A stretch of DNA of 64,000 nucleotides from Polyangiaceae bacterium (GCA_033763455.1 JANRKO010000033.1:32001-96000), one strand, 5' to 3'; counted from the first letter of the stretch, positions 46,431-56,535 are shown. Program-made: numbers and translations. The notes: generated from the sequence alone by a model not told the origin.

Positions 46431-47864
46431 ATGTTGAGCGAACGCAAGCAAATCCTCGTGGTGGATGACGAACCCAACTTGCGACGTGTCTTGAGCGCAC
46501 AGCTCGGGCGCGATGGGTACGACGTGCACACGGCCGAAGATGGCGAGCAAGCAGCGGAAATGCTTCTCGAGCATCACATCGATTTAGTGATCACCGATCT
46601 TAGGATGCCCAGGCTGGACGGCATGCAGCTTTTGCGACGTGCCCTTGAGATCGACAACAACCTTCCTGTGATCCTACTTACAGCCCACGGCACGGTGGAC
46701 AACGCCGTGGAAGCCCTGAAGACCGGGGCATTCGACTACATCACTAAACCTTTCGACCAAGAAGAAGTACGCGGCATCGTTCGTAAAGCACTGCGCACAC
46801 GCGACCTCTCTGCGCAAGAAGCGTCTGTCAGCTTGCCAAGGACGCCCTCCGACGCTCCATACGGCATCATAGGACAAAGCCAGGCTATCGCAGAGCTCTA
46901 TGCCATCCTGCGCCGCGCCGCCGATTCTCCGAGCACGGTGTTGGTGTCCGGTGAAAGTGGGACCGGAAAGGAGCTCGTCGCTCGCGCTCTTCACGAACAT
47001 TCATCGCGTGCAATGCACCCCTTTATCAAGATCAACTGCGCGGCAATCCCTAAAGACTTGATGGAAAGCGAGCTATTTGGTCACGAGCGCGGAGCGTTTA
47101 CGGGCGCTGTCGGTTCGAAGCCTGGCCGCTTTGAGCTCGCCGATAAGGGGACGTTGTTTCTCGACGAAATTGGGGCCATTCCTGTGGAAATGCAGGTCAA
47201 GCTTCTGCGCGCGCTCCAGGAAAGCGAGTTCGAACGCGTCGGAGGTATCAAGACGATTCGCGTGGATGTGCGCGTGGTGGCTGCCACCAACAGCGAGCTG
47301 AAGAAGGAAATTGGTGCTGGCAACTTCCGAGAAGATCTCTACTACCGGCTGAATGTAGTTCCTATTCGGTTACCGCCGCTGCGGGAGCGTGTGGAGGACA
47401 TCCCGCTGTTGATTCAACACTTTGTGTCCAAATTTAATGCTCGCCTCAACAAGCAAGTGCAAGCGATCTCTCAAGCCGTAGAAAATCACCTCAAGGGCTA
47501 CCATTGGCCCGGAAATATTCGCGAGCTTGAGAATGTGATCGAACGCGCCGTGCTATTCTGCGACGGTACAACGCTGGAGCTCCGCGATCTGCCAAGCGAA
47601 CTCGGCGCCGGTGCACTTCTTGAAGACGCAGATGCACGAGCCCTACCAGAAGCTGTGGGATCCGTTGGATCGGGGGATGGGCTAAAGGAGCAGGTAAAAG
47701 CCGCCACATCCCGGCTGGAGCGAGAGCTCATCGTACAGGCACTCAAGCAAACAAACGGGAACGTCACGCACGCCGCGCGCTTGCTGAAGATTTCCCGGAA
47801 GGGTCTTCAGCTTAAGATGAAAGAGTTGGGGCTCAGGGAACGCGAGGATCGGGTCGAACCGTGA
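46431..47864 (+). CDS. Sigma54-dependent response regulator (REC-AAA-Fis HTH)
   Basis: LVVDDE, TDLRMP, GESGTGKE, GAFTGA, FLDEIG, WPGNIRELEN, NVTHAARLLKISR; start 46431 or 46410. Confidence 0.97.
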   Translation: MLSERKQILVVDDEPNLRRVLSAQLGRDGYDVHTAEDGEQAAEMLLEHHIDLVITDLRMPRLDGMQLLRRALEIDNNLPVILLTAHGTVDNAVEALKTGAFDYITKPFDQEEVRGIVRKALRTRDLSAQEASVSLPRTPSDAPYGIIGQSQAIAELYAILRRAADSPSTVLVSGESGTGKELVARALHEHSSRAMHPFIKINCAAIPKDLMESELFGHERGAFTGAVGSKPGRFELADKGTLFLDEIGAIPVEMQVKLLRALQESEFERVGGIKTIRVDVRVVAATNSELKKEIGAGNFREDLYYRLNVVPIRLPPLRERVEDIPLLIQHFVSKFNARLNKQVQAISQAVENHLKGYHWPGNIRELENVIERAVLFCDGTTLELRDLPSELGAGALLEDADARALPEAVGSVGSGDGLKEQVKAATSRLERELIVQALKQTNGNVTHAARLLKISRKGLQLKMKELGLREREDRVEP

Positions 47865-49042
47865 GGCGCGTGCGGGCATGGGCGCTTGACGCCACGCTCC
47901 TTGTGCTCTTGTTCTCGCCTGGTTGCAGTTCGAAGTCGGGGGAAAAAAGAAACGATGCGTCGCAGGGCACGCCGGAAAGCCTTGGGTTAATGATTGCTCC
48001 GCCCAGGCCCCCCCCAACTCCGAAAAAAGGTATGGTCTGGATCGAACCCGGTGCGCTCGTCGCGGGCACCCCGCCCGAGCGCTGGCCGAGATTGGTGGAT
48101 GAAGAGTTGCCAGGGGAACAAGTGGTGCTCAAAGGATTCTACATTGATGTATTGCCCTACCCGAACGAGGATGGCGCCATTCCGCTGACTAACGTGAACT
48201 TTGCGCAAGCTAAGCGCTTGTGCGAAGAGGAAGATAAGCGCCTTTGTACTGAACTTGAGTGGGAGAGAGCTTGTAAGGGTCCGAATAATTACGTGTACGA
48301 ATATGGCGACCAATACCGAGCCGACCGCTGTGCCACGGGAGTCTCCCCAGGAATGCGACCGAGCGGGTTACTGGTGGGGTGCAAGAGCGACTTCGGCGTG
48401 CGCGATCTCCACGGCGGTGCCTGGGAGTGGACGGCAAGCTTTTGGAATCGCGGGGGCAACACCAACTTAATGACAACGCGGGGTGGAAACGCGCCTGAAG
48501 GTGAGCTCGTTGGGCGCTGTGCCAATGCCAGCGCTCGCCCGCAGGAAACCGTGGCCGGCAACGTTGGCTTCCGATGCTGCGCGGGGCCCGAGAATGCGCT
48601 GCAGGTGTCGCTAGAGGTATCGCGTGCTCCACGGCTATTAGCCGAACGCCTCGTAGACAAGAAGTTGCTGGCCCATTTCATAAGAGCGGTGCCACCCCAA
48701 GCACCAAGCGCACTCCAGGGAATCGACCATTTCGAAGCACTCCAGATGTGGCGCTGGCACCCGGCAGGAAACGACGAACTCACGTTGTTCGGTGGTTGCA
48801 CCACCTCCAAGCTGCCACGCTGCGGAATTCTGTTTGGGCGAGAAACGCGCTCCGAGTTCCTCGGTTGGGCAGCCTCAGGCATCCGCCTACCCACCCTGCA
48901 TACCGCCAAGAGCACAACCGACCTCTGGCTACTGGGCGGCGACGCCAATGGCCCCTTCAGCAGACACGTTCGGTACCAGTGGGGAAGGCTGATTATCTTT
49001 GAACGCGAGCTGCCAGGCAAAGCAAGCAAGCGCTCCCGCTAG
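47861..49042 (+). CDS. Formylglycine-generating enzyme (SUMF1/FGE-sulfatase) domain lipoprotein
   Basis: GMVWIEPG, KRLCTELEWERAC, FGVRDLHGGAWEWT, VGFRCC; 4-bp overlap with the upstream stop. Confidence 0.85.
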   Translation: MRRVRAWALDATLLVLLFSPGCSSKSGEKRNDASQGTPESLGLMIAPPRPPPTPKKGMVWIEPGALVAGTPPERWPRLVDEELPGEQVVLKGFYIDVLPYPNEDGAIPLTNVNFAQAKRLCEEEDKRLCTELEWERACKGPNNYVYEYGDQYRADRCATGVSPGMRPSGLLVGCKSDFGVRDLHGGAWEWTASFWNRGGNTNLMTTRGGNAPEGELVGRCANASARPQETVAGNVGFRCCAGPENALQVSLEVSRAPRLLAERLVDKKLLAHFIRAVPPQAPSALQGIDHFEALQMWRWHPAGNDELTLFGGCTTSKLPRCGILFGRETRSEFLGWAASGIRLPTLHTAKSTTDLWLLGGDANGPFSRHVRYQWGRLIIFERELPGKASKRSR

Positions 49043-49046
49043 GCGC

Positions 49047-49475
49047 TCAATGTGCGGTGCAGCGGGCCTGGAGCTTAGCCACTTGTTGCCCTTCGCTCAC
49101 CTTTAATGCTGCCAGGGCGCCACTTACTCGCTGCATGGCCATAGCGTCCGCAAGCGTGAGGGCCGCTGCGAACTGCCGGCTGAGTGTCCCTGCCTGGGCG
49201 ACCATTTGAGTGTAGCTCTTCACGTCGTCTTGGATACGCTTGTCAGCGAAGGTTGTGGCCGAAAGTGCTTTGGCCAAGGCGTCGTAGCGTGAAGCTATCT
49301 TTTCATAAGTTGCGGGCTGCACGCTCTTCGGATCAGCCTGCCTCAGCTGAGTGATCTCCGAAACGGCCGGACTTATCACCTGAGCCAAGTGATTACACTC
49401 GCTCACCACCTCAAAGCGTTCACAGCCACACGCGAGCGACATCAAGAACAACCCCGCAACCAACAAGAGCCTCAT
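49047..49475 (-). CDS. Hypothetical helical lipoprotein
   Basis: MRLLLVAGLFLMSLACGC lipobox; amphipathic helices; two further Cys. Confidence 0.65.
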   Translation of the reverse strand: MRLLLVAGLFLMSLACGCERFEVVSECNHLAQVISPAVSEITQLRQADPKSVQPATYEKIASRYDALAKALSATTFADKRIQDDVKSYTQMVAQAGTLSRQFAAALTLADAMAMQRVSGALAALKVSEGQQVAKLQARCTAH

Positions 49476-49557
49476 CAAGGGAGGCGTAGCCCAGCCCTTG
49501 GCCGCCTCCAACTGAAAAACTTGAGTCTTCCAACGTGTCGCCGCATGATCGCTCGAA

Positions 49558-50817
49558 GTGTGGAGCCCTCGACATTTCTGGCTTGCCGCGAGTTTGGGCG
49601 CTTGCTTTCTGGTAGCCTGCGAAGACAGGCATCCGGACCTCCCGGATCACGAGCCACCAGAGCCTCCGAGTCAGACGGCACGACACCGCCCTTCTGCGCA
49701 GCTCCCCCAAGGCGGTGCCGGTGGGGTGGAGGATGCAAAGGACGAAGCCGAGGCTCACCTATCGGGTTGGCGCATCGCCCATCTGGATCTCGCGCCCAAA
49801 ATTGCTCCGACCACGCGCTTGGCCTTTGGGCGCGGCTGGCTCGCGCAGGTGACGCAACAACGTCTGGCGGTGGTGGAAACAAAGACGTTTCGCACCATCG
49901 TTGAAGTTCCTGTCAACGGACATGCCCAGGTCGTTACGGTTTTTGACGGCGGCTTTCTGGCCGTAGATGATCGCCAACTCTTGCGGCTTTTGCCACGCGA
50001 AGCAAAATTCAGAACTTACGCACGCCCCACGTTCTTCGCTGGTTCACAGTTGATTCCCAACCCGCGCGACTACGAAACCTTCTACGTCTTTCACCACCCA
50101 ACCCCGACCATCTACAGCTACGCACTGGACGACAGGGACGCGCTGAAGTTGGTCGATGCTGGGCTAGCTACCACCACAAGGTACGCAACGTTGCCGATTT
50201 CGCAGACACTTGCACTCGATGGCACGGCGCGCACGCCAGCCGTAGGCTCTACTCCGGTAGAGCGAGCCCGTGCGTTTGCCTTGCTGCGCGACGGATCATT
50301 TGCGGTGGCCTTCAACGAGCAAGTAATCGTCACCACTGTTTCCGGGTGGTCGCACGCCTTCAGCCTAAAAAGCAGCGAATTTGGGATTCAGCGTATGATC
50401 CCGGGGGCTTCGCTCCAGCAAGCCTGGGTAATAACAGGCGACGGAGCGCTAAAGCTCCTTCAGTTTGCTGGCACGCGCGCCAAAGTAGTGGCAAGCGTGC
50501 CCGGACACGCCAGCGTGATCGATCTAGGTGTGGCGGGCAAGCTGCTCTTGAGTTTGGAGCTCGCTCCCCCGGGGACGGGTGTCCGCCACTTTCGAGTGGT
50601 AGCGCGCGGCTTCACAGGGGAAGAACAGTTCAGCGTGGAAGTGGGCGCTTTGTCGAACGCCCGCGGCGTGGACTGGGCGAAGCAAGCTCTGGCCGACAAG
50701 AACTTCGCCGTTTCCCCCTACGAGCCGATTTTCGGGCTGAGCGGCGACGCCTCCCTCCGAGTCTTTTCCTCTAGAACGGGAGCGCTGGTGTTCGATTCGA
50801 CATCCATAAGTCATTGA
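49558..50817 (+). CDS. Hypothetical lipoprotein, probable beta-propeller
   Basis: Lipobox LVAC; beta-strand-rich 419-aa ORF. Confidence 0.6.
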   Translation: MWSPRHFWLAASLGACFLVACEDRHPDLPDHEPPEPPSQTARHRPSAQLPQGGAGGVEDAKDEAEAHLSGWRIAHLDLAPKIAPTTRLAFGRGWLAQVTQQRLAVVETKTFRTIVEVPVNGHAQVVTVFDGGFLAVDDRQLLRLLPREAKFRTYARPTFFAGSQLIPNPRDYETFYVFHHPTPTIYSYALDDRDALKLVDAGLATTTRYATLPISQTLALDGTARTPAVGSTPVERARAFALLRDGSFAVAFNEQVIVTTVSGWSHAFSLKSSEFGIQRMIPGASLQQAWVITGDGALKLLQFAGTRAKVVASVPGHASVIDLGVAGKLLLSLELAPPGTGVRHFRVVARGFTGEEQFSVEVGALSNARGVDWAKQALADKNFAVSPYEPIFGLSGDASLRVFSSRTGALVFDSTSISH

Positions 50818-50899
50818 ACGGGGTGGAGTTGCCCGATCCCTTCAGGCCGAACGACGCAGAAGTTGGCCGTTGTCGCCGAACCAGGGCACATCCTCTTCA

Positions 50900-53368
50900 A
50901 TGTCGCTGGGGCGCATCGAACCGGAACTTGCCACCCTGCGCAAATTGGCTCAACAATTGGCCAAACAGCGCGTTGAACCCGTCACGAGCGTGCACTGGCT
51001 GGCAGCCATCAGCCTGCATCCGGGCACCGGCAAAGATCTGCTGGCCGAGCGCCACCTCGATTCTGCACGCATCCTCCAGGCAACCTCCGGACAAGGCGTG
51101 GAAGATCCGGAATTGGTTCGGAGCGCGACGGAGGCTGCGCGTCAGGTTGCCGTCAGTATGGATGCTTCCCACACCGCTGGCCTGCACCTTTTGATTAGCC
51201 TCTTGGGAGATGCAAGCTCGGCGGCCAGAAGAACACTCGCGGCCCTGCGAGTAGACCCGCTGAAGCTCCGCAACTCAGCGATGCAGCTAGGCCTTGGTAG
51301 GCGGGAGCGACCTCAACCGCGTGGCAACGATAACGCCCTGCCTGTCGAGCGTCAGAAAGCACCCGTCGGTCACGCACCCCCGAGGCCGTCGAGCAAGATT
51401 CCCACGAGGCATAGCCCGAGCGCGCGAGCACAAGCCGTGGTGATCCCTATCGTTCCCGCCGCGCAAAGCCCGCGCAAGAAACCACGCGCTGCTGGAGAAG
51501 TGGTGCCAATACGCCCCGTGCGCACCGAGGTGCAGAAGGTTGCAATTGATCGCTCCCTGCCAGATCAAGAACGTTTTGAGCTCCGACCAGCGGATTACCC
51601 AATGCTCAACAGCTTGGGACGCAATCTCACCTTGCAGGCCTTCCGAGGTGAGCTCCCCGAGTTCATTGGGCGCGACGAAGATCTTGAAGAGCTACTAGAT
51701 ATTCTGGCCAAGCAAAGTGGCAATAGCCCGTGTTTGATCGGACCCGCCGGGATCGGCAAATCAGCGCTAGTGCGAGGGCTTGCTCACAGGACAGCTACCA
51801 GTGCGCGAGCTCACAGCCTGGACAACCGCATCATCGTCGAGATTTGCCTCCGAGACCTCCTGAGCGGAAGCCAGCTTCGCGGGACACTAGCGGGGCGCCT
51901 CGCGACGTTGCGTCATGAAGTTGAAAAGTCCGAACGGCGCGTAGTTCTGTTTTTCGACGACTTGCATCGCGTGTTCTCCACCGAAGCCGCGGACGAAGCT
52001 TACACCGAGCTCAAGCTACTCCTTGGGCGCGGGTTCCCCTGTATTGGCACCTCAACGCTCGAAGAGTTCCGACGCTCGGTGGAGAGCGACCGGGCGCTCG
52101 CTCGCCACTTTTCGTTGGTATTGCTCGAAGAGCCTTCTCGCGAGGACGCGTTTCTCATTCTTCGATCCGTTACGAACACATTGGGGCAACACCACAAGAT
52201 CAGTTATTCAGACGAGGCACTGGCACTCAGCGTTGCTTGGTCGCTCCGCTATTTACCCGCGCGTGTCCTTCCCGAAAAGGCCATCGCCATCTTGGACCTA
52301 GCCGGCGCCCGCAGCCGACGCAGGGATTTGACTGAAGTCGGCCCACCCGAGGTGGCGGAGGTGGTGTCCGACATGGCAGATGTTCCGCTCGATCGCCTGC
52401 TACAGAGCGATCACGAACGCATGCTTAACTTGGAGCAATTGCTCGGCGAACGTGTAGTGGGGCATGAGGAAGAGCTACACCGGATCGCCAAGATCTTGCG
52501 CCGAAATGCCGCAGGTCTAGGTTCACGGCGCCCGATTGGCACATTTTTACTCCTCGGCCCAACGGGGGTTGGCAAAACAGAAACAGCCAAAGCCGTAGCC
52601 GAGGTTTTGTTTCAATCCGAAGCCGCCATGACGCGCGTCGATATGTCTGAGTACGGCGAAGCGCACAGTGTGGCTCGCCTCATCGGCTCGCCTCCAGGTT
52701 ACATCGGGCACGATGCAGGCGGTCAATTGACCGAAGCCGTACGAAAGCGTCCCTATCAAGTGGTCTTGCTCGATGAGATCGAAAAGGCCCACCCAGATGT
52801 TCTTACGACGTTTTTGGCGGTCTTTGACGAAGGCCGCCTCACCGATGGTCGCGGCCGAACAGTAGATTTCACCAATGTTGTGCTGATGCTCACCAGCAAC
52901 ATCGGGTCACGGGAAACCGAGGCGGGCCCGCGCCGCGTTGGTTTTGGCACTCACGCCCACGATGCGAGCCGGGAGTATGAAGCACGCGTCACCAAGGCCG
53001 CCCGAGATTCGTTGCTTCCGGAGCTCTACAATCGCATCGACGAGGTTCTTGCCTTTCGCCCACTGAGCCGCGACCGCGTGCGAGTGATCGCTACTCGGCT
53101 TCTCAAGAAGCTCGCGCTGGATCTCAGCGTGCGGCATCAAGTGAGCTTAGAGTTCGACACCTCGGTGGTAGAGCGCCTCCTAGATCTGGGCGGCTACGAT
53201 CCGGACCTCGGGGCTCGGCCGCTCAAACGCGCCATTGCCAGGCACATCGAAGCACCTGTCGCTGAAGAGTTGCTCAAACACACCCTTTCCCCTGGCGACG
53301 CCATCCTTCTGCATGCAGAAGAGGGCGGCATCGGCCTCGACACGGTGAGCGCGTCCGCTGCAGAATAG
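50900..53368 (+). CDS. ATP-dependent Clp protease ATP-binding subunit (ClpA/ClpC-like) with degenerate D1
   Basis: Clp_N remnants; D1 GPAGIGKS and FFDDLH; D2 GPTGVGKT, PPGYIG, LLDEIEKAH, VGFG, GARPLKR; start 50900 or 50870. Confidence 0.9.
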   Translation: MSLGRIEPELATLRKLAQQLAKQRVEPVTSVHWLAAISLHPGTGKDLLAERHLDSARILQATSGQGVEDPELVRSATEAARQVAVSMDASHTAGLHLLISLLGDASSAARRTLAALRVDPLKLRNSAMQLGLGRRERPQPRGNDNALPVERQKAPVGHAPPRPSSKIPTRHSPSARAQAVVIPIVPAAQSPRKKPRAAGEVVPIRPVRTEVQKVAIDRSLPDQERFELRPADYPMLNSLGRNLTLQAFRGELPEFIGRDEDLEELLDILAKQSGNSPCLIGPAGIGKSALVRGLAHRTATSARAHSLDNRIIVEICLRDLLSGSQLRGTLAGRLATLRHEVEKSERRVVLFFDDLHRVFSTEAADEAYTELKLLLGRGFPCIGTSTLEEFRRSVESDRALARHFSLVLLEEPSREDAFLILRSVTNTLGQHHKISYSDEALALSVAWSLRYLPARVLPEKAIAILDLAGARSRRRDLTEVGPPEVAEVVSDMADVPLDRLLQSDHERMLNLEQLLGERVVGHEEELHRIAKILRRNAAGLGSRRPIGTFLLLGPTGVGKTETAKAVAEVLFQSEAAMTRVDMSEYGEAHSVARLIGSPPGYIGHDAGGQLTEAVRKRPYQVVLLDEIEKAHPDVLTTFLAVFDEGRLTDGRGRTVDFTNVVLMLTSNIGSRETEAGPRRVGFGTHAHDASREYEARVTKAARDSLLPELYNRIDEVLAFRPLSRDRVRVIATRLLKKLALDLSVRHQVSLEFDTSVVERLLDLGGYDPDLGARPLKRAIARHIEAPVAEELLKHTLSPGDAILLHAEEGGIGLDTVSASAAE

Positions 53369-53442
53369 CAGCTGGGGCAAAGTGCTGCGCGGGACGGTTG
53401 CCCGCACCGAAGTTCGTGCCATCCCCGCCCCCCCTTAGCGGC

Positions 53443-54081
53443 TTACTTGTTGGGTTGTGGCGTCATCCGCAGGTAGGGTCGCACCACTGTGTGGCCCTTG
53501 GGAAAACGCTGCGCGATCTCGACCGGGTCTTGAAGTGCAGGAACAATCACCACGTCATCACCGTCTTTCCAATCAGCGGGAGTAGCTACCTTGTGGCTGT
53601 CCGTTAGCTGAAGAGAATCGATAACACGAAGGATCTCCGTAAAATTCCTACCCGTGCTGGCTGGATAGGTGATCATCGCGCGGATCTTCTTACTTGCGTC
53701 GATCAAGAACACCGATCGCACCGTCAGGGTGTCGTTCGCCTCCGGGTGAATCATGTCGTAAAGCGTGGCCACTTTGCGGTCCGAGTCGGCCAAGATCGGA
53801 AAGTTCATCTTCGCGTTCTGCGTCTCTTCGATGTCCGGAATCCAGCGCGAATGCTCCTCCAGGCCGTCCACACTTACGGCGATCATCTTGATATTGCGCT
53901 TGTCGAACTCACCCTTGAGATTCGCCGCGCGCCCGAGCTCGGTGGTGCAAACGGGGGTAAAGTCCCTCGGATGCGAAAAGAGGATGCCCCAGCTACTGCC
54001 AAGCCACTCGTGAAACTTGATTCTGCCCGTGCTTGAGTCCTGCTCAAAGTCCGGGGCGATGCTGCCAATGTGAAGACCCAT
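53443..54081 (-). CDS. 1-Cys peroxiredoxin (Prx6 family)
   Basis: FSHPRDFTPVCTTELG, YPASTGRNF, ATPADWKDG. Confidence 0.96.
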   Translation of the reverse strand: MGLHIGSIAPDFEQDSSTGRIKFHEWLGSSWGILFSHPRDFTPVCTTELGRAANLKGEFDKRNIKMIAVSVDGLEEHSRWIPDIEETQNAKMNFPILADSDRKVATLYDMIHPEANDTLTVRSVFLIDASKKIRAMITYPASTGRNFTEILRVIDSLQLTDSHKVATPADWKDGDDVVIVPALQDPVEIAQRFPKGHTVVRPYLRMTPQPNK

Positions 54082-54392
54082 TGAGGTGCTCCTAGGGTTA
54101 GAGAGAGGCGGGAACCCTAAGGCTAGGCTCCCGGGGCAGCAAGCGTCAGGCCTGAGGCGGGGCTCACAAGCCGAGCGTTCCTGGGTGGCCCTCCGGGACC
54201 CGCCAAGCTCTCACCGGCACCTCCAACTATCCCTGATCGGCGCAATGCGCTTCAATGTTGAGAGTCGGCAGCCAGGTGCTCGGCATTGACTTTGTGAGCC
54301 CCAACGGCATTCTCCCGATCAACCACCCGGGCGGCCCGAGACACACGGTCGGTCCGCTGAACTTAGTTTTCGAGTATTTTTGGGAGCAAATC

Positions 54393-55244
54393 ATGAGCCT
54401 CGTAGCGCGATCACACAAGTCCGTCCTTCACACTCTTCTCCGAGCAACCGCAAGCGCAGGTCTACTGGCCGTAAGTCTTCCCGCGACCCTGGCGGGTTGT
54501 TCCTCGTCCGATAGCGGCAACGGCGGCAATGGCGGCGGCGGTGGTGCTGACCCTGGCACGGGAGACAAGACCGGTCTGCAGGTCTATCTCAAGCTTGACG
54601 AGAGCAGTATCGGGGCAGGACCGAAAGATACCGCCGGCAAGGTGACAGCCACGTATGGCGCGGTTAAGCCGACGGTCAGCGTGACGGCCGCCACGGTGAC
54701 TTTTGCTAATCCAGCGGCTCTAGAGTTCAAGGGCACGGAAACCGTAGAAATCCCGGCGTCTGACAACCTGAAGTGGACAGGCACCGAGAGCTACTCAATG
54801 TCGCTGTGGGCATTCCCTAAGGCTATGCCGCCCGCCAATAATTTCGCCGCTCTTCTGTCCAACAATCCCGGCGGAGAAAACGGCAACTACTGTGGTATCT
54901 ATATCCATAGCGCGGGCACCTGGTCCTTTGAGTCCAACGGTTACTTCCGACCCAACCCGGAGGTCCTCAGCGCGTCGCCGGTTGTCCTCAACAAGTGGCA
55001 GCATATCGTGATCGTGAACAACGCCATGGCTGGTAGCCAAACCATCTACGTGGATGGGGTGCCCGGATCTACCGTGCTCGCTCGGGCGAACGCCAACTGT
55101 GAGAGCTCCGCCACCTTCAGCATCGGCGCCAAAGACGGCGATGGCTATGTAGGCCTCATCGACGACGTACGTATCTACGGCCAAGCGCTCACCGAAGCTC
55201 AGGTGAAGGAGCTGAAGGACGGAGCCGAGAACATCACGCCGTAA
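54393..55244 (+). CDS. LamG-like jellyroll (Laminin_G_3) lipoprotein
   Basis: GGGAG RBS; lipobox LAGC; YSMSLWA, NKWQHIVIV, IYVDG, IDDVRIYGQALT. Confidence 0.88.
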   Translation: MSLVARSHKSVLHTLLRATASAGLLAVSLPATLAGCSSSDSGNGGNGGGGGADPGTGDKTGLQVYLKLDESSIGAGPKDTAGKVTATYGAVKPTVSVTAATVTFANPAALEFKGTETVEIPASDNLKWTGTESYSMSLWAFPKAMPPANNFAALLSNNPGGENGNYCGIYIHSAGTWSFESNGYFRPNPEVLSASPVVLNKWQHIVIVNNAMAGSQTIYVDGVPGSTVLARANANCESSATFSIGAKDGDGYVGLIDDVRIYGQALTEAQVKELKDGAENITP

Positions 55245-55320
55245 CCCGCCCGGCGGCACCTGTCCTCACGCCGCGCAGTTGCGTGTCGGTTCAATCGCGT
55301 TGCCGTCCATTTGATCAGTC

Positions 55321-55522
55321 CGGCAGTACCTCGGTGCACTTTATGGCACCGAGGTATTGTCGTATTTGGAGTAAGGGTACAGCTAGAGGTGAGTGCACCC
55401 TGCCATTGGGAGAACGTGGTTGCGCGACGCAGTGCCGAAATCGATCGCACAAAATGCCGCAGCCGGTAGCCAAGCAGAGTGCGATCCGGGGTGGCTGTGC
55501 GGTAGGCCACCTCGGACGGCAC
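55321..55522. ncRNA. Candidate structured RNA or palindromic DNA element (unassigned)
   Basis: Five stems found by eye, including a 17-bp hairpin and a three-way junction; matches no RNA family I recognise. Confidence 0.35.
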
Positions 55523-55533
55523 ACACCCACGCG

Positions 55534-56535
55534 CTAGCGCAAACGCTCAACGAGTGCGGCAAACCAAGTGGCTCCCATGATTTCGTACCCTACGTCGTTT
55601 GGGTGGTAGTCATCGACCATGGTTTCAGCGCTTGGTCTGCCGGCGAGGGCAGCGTTCATATTCACGTACGCGATGTGCATCCCGGAGGCTGCGCGAGAGG
55701 CCACAAGGTTTGGGATCGCTTCGTTGTAGGCGGCGATCCCGGCCTGAAGCCCCGCGTCCGGGTTCGTGAGCGGAATGATCTGTGCCACTAGGATGAACGC
55801 CTCGGGTGCTTGGGCTGAGATCTGATCGATAAGCCCAGAAAGGTCGCTCGGCCTGGGCCGATCTGTCTGCTGCTCCTCAGCATCATTGGTCCCGATATGC
55901 AGGAGAATAACATGAGGCTTGTTGGCCTGGAGGGAGGCGCTTGTCAGGGCTTGAAGCTGAGCGATGGTGTAGCCGCTGTGACCTTCGTGCGCTTGGGGGA
56001 AAGGGACGGAATCAACAGTGCTTGGACCATTTGGCTCCCCAGATCCAACGAACGTTATTGCCTTGCCGGCTTCGGTGGCAGCGCGAAAAAGAGAGAGCCT
56101 ATAGCCGGCTTTGTGAGTCGACCCGACTCCAAACGTTATAGAATCCCCGAGCGGCAGGACCCTGCATGGAAGCCCGGCGCCGGGGCACGCCTGATAAGCC
56201 GAAGCACCACCCACAACTCCCTCGGAGCCCCCGCTTCCGCCAAGGCTCGCTCCACCGCCACTTCCAGTTCCTCCGGCACCCAGCGTCCCGGATGGAACTC
56301 CTCCCGTTCCTACTCTACCCGTCTGCACCTGTGCGCTTCCACCGAAACCAACGGATGCAGAGCCCCCTGCACCGCCGCTCGCGGCTATCGGCGCGTTCCC
56401 ACCCAGCCCGAGAGAAGACCCTCCCCCCTGCTGGCTCTGCGTGAGCGCAAGGCGAGGTGTGGCCGTTGGATCCCCGCAGCCCATGAGCAGCTGAACCAGG
56501 AGGAACATTGCCGCGATGGAGCGTGACCACGCCAA
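55534..56535 (-). CDS. SGNH/GDSL hydrolase lipoprotein
   Basis: Lipobox LMGC; Gly-rich linker; PLGDSIT, HEGHSG, HIGTND, DDYHPN. Confidence 0.92.
   Translation of the reverse strand: MAWSRSIAAMFLLVQLLMGCGDPTATPRLALTQSQQGGGSSLGLGGNAPIAASGGAGGSASVGFGGSAQVQTGRVGTGGVPSGTLGAGGTGSGGGASLGGSGGSEGVVGGASAYQACPGAGLPCRVLPLGDSITFGVGSTHKAGYRLSLFRAATEAGKAITFVGSGEPNGPSTVDSVPFPQAHEGHSGYTIAQLQALTSASLQANKPHVILLHIGTNDAEEQQTDRPRPSDLSGLIDQISAQAPEAFILVAQIIPLTNPDAGLQAGIAAYNEAIPNLVASRAASGMHIAYVNMNAALAGRPSAETMVDDYHPNDVGYEIMGATWFAALVERLR

Noticed and set aside
48289..49029. Long antisense ORFs (also 16875-17642, 19588-20292, 63039-63815 and others)
   Set aside because: Shadow frames of well-supported genes, expected in GC-rich DNA; no recognisable motifs
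55242..55533. Integron attC site, retron msr-msd or hammerhead ribozyme
   Set aside because: No RYYYAAC/GTTRRRY pair, no integrase or reverse transcriptase in the window, and CTGATCA does not match the CUGANGA core
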